IMG/VR virus record: IMGVR_UViG_3300009130_001805
Location: 1-64,000 of that record
DNA: 64,000 nt
Strand: one strand, 5' to 3'
Origin: a virus
Part shown: positions 47,235 to 59,200 of the stretch, in pieces
Position numbering within the stretch: position 1 is the stretch's first letter
How the letters are laid out: each line of letters opens with the position of its first letter
Notes under the pieces: model-generated
Seen by the model: the letters and a program-made list of their open reading frames with translations, nothing else
Told to the model about the DNA's origin: nothing
Databases searched by the model: none
Program-made: the position numbers and the translations under genes

Positions 47235-50200
47235 ATGGCACGCCCAGTAAGGATACCAGCACAGCAACAAGGATTTGAGAAGTCCGTTATGGACGCCGTT
47301 AATCGGCTGAACAGAAGCGGACAGCTCAAACTTAATGTAAACTCTAGATCTTTTACCCAACCTCTGGGGAAGATCACTGCCAGCGCGGATGAGTTTACAA
47401 AGTCTCTCGAAGCTTCTAATGCTCGTGTTATTGCTTTCGGGGCTTCTGTAGGAATCATTAATGCGGTTAGCAATGCTTTTAAAAGTTTGGTGATCCAAAC
47501 AATGGAAGTCCAAAAGCAAATGGCTGAAATTAACGTCGTTATGCAGACAGGAACCGAAGGGCTTCAGAAAATGCAGACTGGGTTATTTAAAATAGCCAAA
47601 GAAACTGCTCAATCTTTTAGTGTTGTCACCGAGGCTGCTCTTGAATTTTCGCGTCAAGGCTTGTCTATGGAAAAAACTCTTCTTGCTACAAAGCAAGCCA
47701 TGATTCTTACTAGAATTACAGCTCTGGATGCTGCCGAAGCTGTAAAAGGTCTTACTGCTGCGGTCAATGGATTTGTAGATGCAGGCATTAGCCACACTCA
47801 AGTTGTTAACAAAATGTCTGCTGTCGATGTTAATTTCGCAGTCAGTACGGAAGATTTAATTCACGGTCTTGAGCGAGCTGGAGCTGTTGCTCAGGACGCT
47901 AAAGTAAATTTTGATGAGCTAATGGGCGCCATTACTGCTGCGCAGCAAATAACCGCTCGAGGTGGTAATGTAATAGGTAACTCATTTAAAACTATTTTTA
48001 CCCGTATACAAAGAAGCTCCACAATAAACCGACTAGAAGAGCTTGGCATCGCTGTTAAAGATCTGGAGGGTCGTACGCTTCCTGCGATGAAAATACTAAA
48101 GGAGCTTGCTATAACATATGACGGCTTAGCAGATTCAACAAAAGCTGCTGTAGCCGAGCAAGTCGGTGGGGTTTTCCAGATTAACATTTTAAAAGCTGCC
48201 CTTAAAGACCTTGGCAGGGAAAATAGCGTATTCGCTAGAGCTACAGAAATATCTAATAGAGCTACAGATGAAGCCACAAAGAAAAATGAAGCCTTAAATA
48301 AGACTCTTTCAGCTCTTGCGGCCCAAACAGGCACATCAATCCAGCAGCTTTCAGAAGCTATTGGAAAGCTCTCAATGGGAGGAGGAATTGAAAAAGTTTT
48401 AAAAACTATCAATACTATCGCAGAAGGAATGTTCAAAGGCATAGAGTCTGAAGGCATTGGTGGAGATCTAGCTAGAGGACTGCTAAAAGGTATGGGCAAT
48501 ATACTTTCTGGGCCCGGATTAATACTTGTGGGCGGCATGTTTGTTAAACTATTTGGTGAGGTTACAAAGTTTGCCACAAAAAGTATGGCTAACATTATTG
48601 GGATTACCACTCAAAAGCAAAAACAAAAAGCGGTAGAAGAAGCGATCCTTAAGGTTATGATGGAAAATGAAGGCATTGAAGCTTCATTGCTTGCGATGGG
48701 TAAAAACAGAGTTCTGCAAGAAGAGCATGTACTGAAACTTATAAAACAGCAAGCAGCTGCTGCTCGAGAAAGAGCTGCTATAGCTGCGGCAGTTGCCCCG
48801 GGCCTAGTTAGGTCTGGAGTTAAAGGGCCTAGTCTTTCAATTAAGGGTGGCGCTGCTGGAGGAATCATTCCAGCTTCTGAAAGAAATGCAGAGAGAAAAG
48901 GCGCAATATCAGCTGGATACTCTCCCGGAAAAGTTTCTTCTACAAAAATAAAAGGAGTTGGAGATGTCGTATATAACAAAGCTGAATCGATAAAAGAATT
49001 TCCGGGTATGCAGCAAAAGGCTATCATGCCTCCAGAGTCTAGCAGAGCTGGCTCTAAATATGCAAAAGCGTTCAAGAAAGCTCATGGATTTGACCCCTAT
49101 GCGCCATCAGGCTTTATTCCTAATTATGGAATTGTTGGCGCTCGTGGCTCAGCTTCACTAGCTTTATCCAGAACAAATATGGTGACCCATGGAACCGGGC
49201 GAGGGCAAAATACTCGTGCCATGGACAAGAAGTATGGAGAAAGCGGAGAAAAGTTATTTGCAACAGAGACTGCTAGATTTGTAAATAAAAACACTCCAGA
49301 AGAAAAAAGAAACCTATTAGGCAGGATAATGACACGCTTGCTAGACAAAGGAATTGTTAACTTTACTCGCCCCGGATATTTTCAAAAAGAGTCTTTTAAA
49401 ACAAATAGAAGAAGCTCCGAAAAAGATTTCGATCAATTCGAGAGGCATATGGTCAAACAATTATCTAGCGAAGGATATAAAAGCACAGGTAGAGTTATAG
49501 ATCCCAAAACAAGAAAAGTCGAAGCAGGAAACAATCAATACCCTCAAGATGCTTTTGCCAAAGGCAAGGTTCCTCGAGAATTTAAAATTAATAGAATTGA
49601 CGAGAAAGACATATTAAGTAAGTCAATAAGAAGGACTACCGATCTCGACCCTCAAGACATCCTTAATGGCAAATATACAAGGGGAGATATTACAAAAGGC
49701 AATGAATTTATACAAGTCTTAAGAAATAACTTCGGCCCAAGCTCAGGCAATCACGATGAAATCTTAATGGGTTTAGTAAACAAGTTTCAAAAGTCTAACC
49801 TAGATTCAGCTTTGAATTTATTACGCCAGAAAAAGATTGATGTTCCCGCTGGAGAAGAAGCTTACACTGCCGCTATTCATGGCTTACATCGGGGCTTTAT
49901 TCCTAACTATATTGGAAGAAGGCGTATGCCGTCAAAAGCGCATCTCGAAAAAGCAAAAAAATCTATAGATATATACAGAAAGCTTACATTAAGCAGAAAA
50001 AGATCAAGAGACTACGACGGGAACCTTGCCACAGAAATTAGTAATGCTTGGGGACTTAAAGACCCAACTCACTCTACAATAGTAAAAACTTTCGGAAGGA
50101 TTAAAACCGATAAGTCGGCCCACAAAACTGTCAACGAGGAAGTTCTTGACATAATGGCAAACCCCGCAAAATATAAAGACCTTTTTAAGAAAAATAATTT

Positions 50201-53200
50201 ACCTGCACCAGACTGGTCGGCGAGCCAAGGCAAATCTGCACTAAACCTTTTTACAAAAGAAGGAAAATTTGGCACCCTAGATAAGGTAAAAATGGGCCAA
50301 AAGAGCAAGCTTGATGGAGACGACTGGGAGCAGACGGTAAGGGATATTTTTAAGAAAGGAATCAAATCTGGCTCAATAACCGACCTTAATACTATTAAAA
50401 AGAATTTTCCTTTAGACTTCAAAGGTGACAAGGGATTTCTCGATGCAACTCTAAATGTTCACAAGCTGAGAGTTATGCACCATAAAATTGCGAGAACACT
50501 AGCTCAACAAAACCCCTCTGCACTTAAAAGATTACTATTAAAAGGAAAGGATTTTGATGGGGTTGAAGCTCTTGGAGGGTTGGCGGAAATCTCTAAAGTT
50601 TCTTCTGGCATTAGAAGTCTTTCTAGAATGAAAAATAGTCGCTCTTTATTCCCTGAAGGTAAATTTGTCGGAGGCGTCGGGCAATCTACTGAAGATTTTT
50701 CTAGAAACATGCAAAAATGGTATGATGGATTAACTCCTGCCCAACAGAGTACAGCTCAATCGTCCCAAATGAGTGGATCTTGGAAGGTTCAATCTCCCCA
50801 AGAGTATCAAATGGCCGCAAGCGGGTTTGTGCCAAACTTTATTAGGATGATAAACCCATCAAAAGACAGAAGTTTTTTGCTTAAAATGTGGCAAGATAAG
50901 CTCAAGAAAGCAAAAAGCATTAGTCGTTCAGGCAAACCTAGAATAGAAACAGACCCTCAAGTTTCAAAACTTAACGCTGAAGCAAATCACATATGGGATC
51001 AAATACAATTACTAAAGAAGGGTAAGCCATATTCTATTCCTAATTTTGCAAACATATCAAAAATTAGAGAGCTAGCCAAGAGGGGTAAAGGTGGAGAAAA
51101 AGCTAATGCTCAAAGAATGCTAGAGAAGTTTTCTATAAAATCTAAAGGCATGTTTGATGATATGATTATTGATGATTTCTTAAGGGATCCAAAGATGTCA
51201 TATAAAGGGCCTTGGGGGGACACAGTAACAGATTACTTATTAAGCAAAGGTTACGATAAAAATCAAATATTAAAAGCCTCAAAAAGTCCTAGTTCATATG
51301 CCCGCGCCGCAGGAGGTGTGATCCCAAATTTTGTCCGCTGGATTAAAAATCCCAAAGGGGGCAAAGACCTTCCCAGTCCAGATATAGATCCAAGAACAGG
51401 TAGGCCAAGCGGAATATACACCAGCAGAGATATCCACGAAATGAAAGCCAAAGGCTACATGCGAACAGACGAAAAAGGCTGGCACTATGTAGGAAAAGGA
51501 AAAGTTAAATCCGCAGAAGCTAAGATAAAAGAAGAGCGCCGTTTGATGGCCATGGCTACGATTGGCCTCAGGGGAAGCGGAAAAGCTTGGATGCATCCAA
51601 AAACAGGCAAAATGTATACTGGGTCCGACCACCAACAAATTGCTGCAGATAACGGCTTATTTAACAATGGCATGGTTCGTGACTATGTTCGAATAACAAA
51701 ATCAGACCGCTCTCTTTACATAGATAAAAAAGGCCTTGATGTTAGTTCTGAGGCGATGGGTAAGCTTAAAAATATAGCTCAAGACGATTACTATAAAATC
51801 ATAGAAGACCGAGGCATACTGGGCGAAAAAGTATTATTTGACCCAAAAACAGGACCCTTCTCTGGAGGACACGTTCCTAATTTCGCAATGGCGGATGTGA
51901 TAAGAAAATATCAATCAAGAAAATCTTCCAGATTAAATAAAGATCAATTTAACGCTACAAGCGCTGCGCTAACTAAATTTAATGCCGTTAATGGATTGTT
52001 TGCTCGTACGGCCTTAGCTGGAACTAGCAGAGTTAGACTCACTGAAAGAAATTTTAATAAAGTTAGGCAATTCATTAACAGTAAAGAATTTAGACAATTA
52101 GACAAATTAACACAAAATAAAGTACTTGTCGATTTAAAATCTCAGTCCCAGTCTTTAGGATTGCCAGATGTTACTAGGGGCTACGGCCAGCATCGCAACC
52201 CTCTATTCGAAGGTCGAATTGCCGCCTCAAGCGGATTAATCCCGAACTTTTCAAACCCCCTTTCTCAGGCAATATCTAGAGAAAAAGCTGCGGGCGTGCC
52301 TGAAAACATGATAAGAATTTCTCAGTCTGACAGGCTTAAGGGGCCTAAAAACCCTAGTGGGCTTGCAGTAATAAATACTAGAGATGAACCGATGGGGATA
52401 AATCAAGGTATCAATAGATCTATTTCAATGGGGATTGACCCTAAGAGCCATGGAGCAAGCCAAGGCGTTGTTCCTAATTTTACAAATCCTCTTGCTCCCG
52501 GTAGCGTTGGACCCGCCGGCAGTCAGCTTTCAGATATATTAAAAAAAATAGGGGTATCAGGAAACCAATTAGTTTCCATCCTTACTCAATTAACTCCGGA
52601 GTTTAATAAATTTAGAGCCAACTTAAGTTCGGGCGGTACAGCAGCCAATCAACACGCCAGAAAAGTTACCTCAATGATTTCAAGTCTTGGGCTGGAAGAA
52701 GCCCAGACTAAACAGCTTATGAGGGAATTTTCTAATTTGGGCACCACTGCCAACACGGGGGCAAGCAAGCTAAAATCTTTCATAAGTCAGCTGGGCGCCA
52801 AATTAGGCCAAGGCCCACTTGGTCAAGCCGCCTCTGATGTAATGAAAAGCGGGCCAGTTCAAGCTGTAGCAGGTTCAGGCGGAATGTTTTCTATGTTCAA
52901 TCAGGGCCTTCAAGGGAATGTAACTCCATCCACTTCTAGGGCCGGTCGAGCGGGGCAAGCTGTCAATAAGTTACATGGTAAAGTCTCAAGCCCGGGAATG
53001 CAAATGGGAATGATGATGGCTCCCATGATGACTGAAATGATGGCGGAGAGCATCAGGGGCAATAAACCAAAATACGAAAGAAGTAAAGCTTCAAGAGCAA
53101 CGACAGGCGCTATATCTGGGCTCGGAGATATTGCTATGTATACAGCAATGGGAAGTATGTTCGGGCCTTGGGGAACGGCAATAGGAGCTGCGGTTGGCGC

Positions 53201-56200
53201 AACAATTGCATTAACAAAAGTTTTTAACGAAGCTTCATTATCACTAGAAGATATACAACAAAGGAACGCCAGTTACGCCGCAGAAATGCAAAAAGTCACG
53301 GGCTCCATACAGGGTTATGAAAAATCAGTTGCTGCAGTTAATCAAGCCAGAAAGTCAGGAAACTTTAACGCCACAGTAAGAGCTTCTCAAAATGAAATGA
53401 ACGCCCGCGCAGATCTGAGATTGTCAATGGGCTCTAGCTTTGCGGATAAATATATAAAAGAAACTGATAAAAATAAGAAAGCAGAATTAGCTCTAAAAGC
53501 TTTTGATGCGCAGGCTGCAGTTTCCTCCCTAGCGTCCTCCGAAGAACTTATCAAAGGACTCTCAGAACAAGATTTAGCGGGTTGGTCCCTTGTAAACTTT
53601 GGCGGAGAAGCTAGCGATGATATCAGACAGGCTGCGAATGATAACAGCAAAAACGCACAAGCATACCAATCTGCAGAAAACTCAATGATGAGAGCGGGTC
53701 GAAACTTGCAATCACTTGAAGGCGTTCTAGATGACCGAGGCAAGGAAGAATTAAAAGACTTTTTTAACGACGACAGATTCAACCGACTTGCAACGGGAAC
53801 TGGGACAGGCCCGAGCTACTCGAACGACGTAGCTGAAGATATGGCAGAAGAACTCAGCGAATTAATGCTTAGGCTTCAAGGCAATATAGATGACGATATT
53901 GGAGGTGAAAACCTAGCTCTTATTCAAAAACAATTACGTGCATTTTCTGACACAATAGGAGATCTAGATGAATCAGATGAAATTCAAGCTACCTTTGGCA
54001 ACTTAAAGAAAGGTATGGATTTGCGAGTAAGAGAAGAGCTTGATCTTCGAAGCAAGCATGCAAGACAATTAATGCAGGAATTTAACCGCTTTGAAAGGCA
54101 ACTCTCTGTGGTTTTCGCGGATATAACTCATCAATTTAAATCCATAGACATTATGGACGGTGCAATCTCTGCCGGGCAAAGACAGAGTTCAGAAATGATG
54201 ATGAGGTCTGTTGAATCTACTGGAATGCTCGGACTAGAGACTCAAGCTAGGCTGCGCGGAAGTTTACAATCAGACCAGATTAGCTCAAAATACTCGCAAG
54301 AAATTTCTGGCGCTCGCAGAGACGCTCAATTAGGATTTTCTAAACAGTTAAGCGGCAAGAATTTTTCTGAAGCCCTAACCGGCTCCCTAGGTGACCCAAG
54401 CAAATCAGGTAAAACCATGCTCCCTAAAGTGATGGGGGAATTTCTTAAAGACTCTAGTCAGTCTATTGAAGAAAGAGAGAAATTAATGCAGGGAGAAATT
54501 ACAGACGGCTTCAAAAATTTTGTTTTAAATAGAACTGAAGATTTAAACTTTAAAGCATTAAAGGATGAAATTGAGAGTGAAGGTTTTTCTAAAATAGACA
54601 AGCAAATATCTGACTCTGAGGGGCTGCTAGCAAAATACAGGAAGGGTAATGACGGAAGGACAGAATTTCAAGGAGGCAAGTCCGAATCCATATATAGAAG
54701 TCAAGGAGAGGGCATGCCGGGAGTGGGCCAAGATCTTATAAATAAAGGAGGTACGGTAGCAAAAGATTTTGCATTTAAAGGAAGTGGGAGTTCATATGAA
54801 TCGCTAAGTCATCTTTTCGATATTAAAGGTCAGGAAGGAAAAGGCTCTATAAATAATGCGAGAATACGAAGAAACTTAACTTTTACAGACACTGAAAAGG
54901 ATTTAAACGACATTTCGTCGGGAGGAATAAATTATTTTAACGATACGATAAAGCATCTTATAAAAAAATCTCTTGGATCCGACCCGAAAGTTGCAGGCTT
55001 TGAAAATGTAGACGAGATCAATCAGGCTTTTGATGATTTCATGCAGCGAAAAGTTACAGAGACGGCCACGATAGTAGGCGCAGGAGTATCCTACTCAGAA
55101 CAAGGGACTTTAGATTTTTCTGATGTGTTAAATGATGAGATCAAGTCACAAGTAGAATCCATTAGGCAAAGCGCTATAGACAAAATTAAAAAAGGGAATG
55201 AGCTGGATCAAATAAAGTCAATGCTTGACCCATCGAGCGATGGATTTTCAAAAGACATAAAAGAGATCTCAGAGTCATTAAAAACGACAGATGTAGGAAA
55301 GGAGCTTTTTAAAAGTCTCGAAGAGTTGGACCGAGTACAATCTCTTTTGAAGCAAAGAATGGCCGCAGAAGAAGCTTTACTAAAACAACAGACTGAATTT
55401 GCTATTGCTCAAGCTGGGATAATGGACGCAAGCCAAGCTCAAATTAGAGAAGCACAAAGAAGTCTCTCAAGAGTAGAATTAAATAATCAAGGGCAATTTG
55501 TTAACAAAGGAATAGAAGCTGAAAAAAGAGCTTTGAAGGCTGCCAATGCTAGAGAGCTTGAAATGTCAGCAGCTCAAGCTAATTATAATAATATAGGGCT
55601 AACATCTGGAAGCAAAGAGTTTCTTGCTACCCGAGCGGTAGAAGATAAACGAAAACTTCAAGAGCCAGCATTAATTGCAAAAGAAACAGAGATAGCATCT
55701 GAAAAAATTAATCAATTATTTACTCCAGAAAAATATGCTACACTCCTTCCTCCTGCTTTAGAGCTTGGAGAAGTGGCAAAAGAAAGAGCGGCTGATTTAG
55801 AGCGCCAGAGAAAAGACAATGAAAAAAATATTGAAATATTCAAGAGATCTTTCAGAACAGTCATGGGTGTCGCTGAAGATGCGGAGATTGAAGGCAAGGG
55901 AGGCGTTAAGGCTCAATACACAGAAGCATCCACGACAGACAAACCACCATCACAAGCCCAAACTGACGCATATAATAATTTAATTAATGCCGAATCAAAA
56001 AGAGGTTTCTTAGCTGATCAACAAAGCAAAGCAGGAGGCCCACATACAAAAGTAGTCCTAGATGCAATGAACTCCTATCAAGAGGATATCACTGCTTATA
56101 ACGACTCATTCAAAGGTATTTCTGACGCTTTCAAAAATGCTCCACGCGACAATGAAAAAGACCTGAGTGCAGCCGTAGAAGGCCTGAAGGCTAGCATTGG

Positions 56201-59200
56201 AGAAGAGATATTAAAATTTTATAGCAAAGATACTGCATTTGGTACTAAAGATCAATTTCAAAATTTATTAAAAGGAGCAGGGGAGGGCACTGCTGACTAT
56301 CAAGCCCTACAGGTTGCCAACAACCAATTCCAATCCAATAAAGAAGCCTTTATAACTAAAAATGGTGAAGCTAATATTGGAAAATTGGGGGAAAATTTTG
56401 AGGATATGCTCAATGAAGCGACAACATCAGTAGCAAACCTCAGAGAAGCCTTCCAACAAGCGGGTAAGGATGCTTCAGCTGCGGAGAAAGAAATCGCCCT
56501 ACAAAGAATCGCAAACGACAAAGCTGCTACTGCTGCTACAAAACTTGCGGCACGAACTAGATCTGTAGCAGACAGCATGACCGATCTTGGTTCAGCCTTG
56601 TCCCACATTAATGAACTTAGCTTGCAATTCATACAAGCTTCCCTTGATACAGATATGGGTCAAGCGGGAATGACTTCCTCGCAGATCTCCAAGAGGCAAA
56701 GAGATTTTGATTTAATTCGCGAGGTATCACAAGGTCGAGACCAATTACAAAGACAAAGCAAAGAAGCCACGTCGAGTTTTATTAGCCAAATTCAAGGGTT
56801 AGACATTGACGATTCAATCAAAAAAGAATTTCTTGGCAATTTCGATAACAAAGAAACTAAAGCAGGGATTGTAAATGCAGAAAGCTTCAAAGCCGCTGCG
56901 GAAAATGTTCTAAGCAACACTAATTTTTATTCTGATGCAAAATTTGCACAAGGGGTTCCAGCTTTTGGTAAAAAAGGAGCCAGCGAGGAAGACATAAACA
57001 ATTTCGCAAACAACACTTCCGCCCGAGAAGCGCTAAGAGCAGAAATTGAGAAGTCAACAAATGCTATTAAATTAAATGAACAAACAATTGGTAGAGAAGT
57101 TTCTTATAGACAAAGACTTAATTCTCTATTAGATCAAAATGCTAGATACATGCAAAGCTTTGGGGCAGGAGTCTCTGGAGCAATGAGCTCAATTAAGGAG
57201 AGATTAGAAAACTTCCGCCGTACCGAAGGAGAAACCTTAGTTAGTTCGATGAACGAAGGATTCAAGAGAAATGCCATGGGCGACTACGGAGAAGGAGAAA
57301 GTTTCTTTTCTATAATAAATGATCGCAATAGAGAGATCGTAGCCCAAAGAAATGCAGACGCTGCTACAAATATTGTATTTGGAGACCAAATTGGAAAAAC
57401 ATTGGAGGCTTTTGGGGTTGAGGGTGCCGCTGAAAAATATGACATGGGCAAATTCTGGGACCCAGAAGGTAACGAGCAAAAGCGTGCAAACGAAAAAATG
57501 CTCACAAGCTTTAATGAAACAGGAAGCCTTGGAGACGACAGTCTAGATTTCTTAAGAAGCGATCTTTTAAGCTCAAAAGATATTCAAGCTGTAACCGCAG
57601 ATAATACCCGTAAAATGGTTGAGCTACTTCAGAGCATGAAAGAGCAAGGTTTCGCGGGTGGAAATATGGGGGACGGCTCTACAGTCATGAGCCAAGAAAC
57701 CGCCACAAAAGAAGGGCAGCAAAGAATGGTTGGGGCATTAAACAACCAAACAAAACAAGACGCAACAAACACAGACTCGCTCAAGAGCACTGTCACTCAA
57801 TCAAGCAGTGATAGCGCAGGCGTAATTAGCACCATGCTTGGATCTGCGATTGGTACGTTTAAAAGCGTAAGCGGAATTAATAACGATTTCCAAAGCGGGC
57901 AGTGGGGCGACGCAGGAAGAAGTGTTTTTGACGGAGCAAGGGCTGCTACTACAAAAGTCGGAGATTGGCTTGATGATGATGAAAAGAAAGCTTTTCGCGG
58001 AGGATATATTTCAAGATTTAACTTCGGTGGGCGCGTTCCTCAATTTGGAGGAGATCATAATACCGATAATGTTCCTGCATTACTTACTGGAGGAGAATAT
58101 GTTATAAGAAAAGATTCGGTAGAAAAATATGGAAAAGATTATTTTGAAAAACTTAATAAAGGATTAATCCCTAAAGAATTTGAAGACGGGGGTGATGTCA
58201 AGAAGGCGGAAAGAAGCTGGCTTTCGAAGAAAATAACTAAAATGCAAAGTAATTTTTCTAACGAAATGAATCAGTTCAAAAACATGAAGCAGGGCATGGA
58301 GGCAAGCGAAGGAAGTTTTGCTAGCATGTTTGGAAGTGGCAAGACAAATCGCCGATCCAAAGTAAACATGGGTATGACCAAAAATGAAGGTACTGGCAGT
58401 TTTTGGACTCAACCAAAAGTTTCTAAGGACGATTTTGGTAATGACGTGGTTGAGCTTAACAGTGATCTCACCGGCCCTGCAGAAACTGAAATGAACTGGA
58501 GTAACATTGGAAATGCAGCACAACAAGGTTTAAACTTAGTAGGTAACGTTGCTAAAGGTTATCAAAACTATAAACAAGGTAAAAAAAATAGAGCCGCCGA
58601 ACTAGCCAAAGCAAGAGCGCAAGAAGACGAAAAACGTAGAAAAAGAGATTATCAGCTACTTAAACCTTTAGAGTATTATGATATGGCTGCAACTCAAATT
58701 GATCTAGGCGGACTATCAGGAAAAAGTTCAATTGACCAAGGCAAGCTTAGGCTTTCTGCCGCAGCAATGACCGGACAAATTCAAGGAGATCGATACGGAA
58801 CACTTTTAGTTAATGTTCAAAGAGCTACTCATCAAAATAAAATTAATGATAGACTTTTTGATATTGAATATGCAAAACAGGCAGCCTACGCAAAAGCAGT
58901 TGATAAGTACGAAAAGAAAAAAATGATTGCTGATTCTCTGATTCAAGTTGGTGGGTCTATAGCTAGTTTTGCTGGAGCTGGACAATTCATGCAAGTAGCA
59001 AACATGACAAAAGATTTAGCGGGAGGAGCACAAGCTTTATTTGGAGTTCAAGACCGAAGCCAAGTAAAGCCAGCAAGCCTCAGTGAAGTCATGAAGCAAT
59101 CCAAAGAAAGAAGAGAAGATTTTTCTGGCCCAGCAATGGATATCCATCAGTACGGAAGTTTTCAAAGATTGCAACAAAGATACGCAAATGTTAAATCTGG

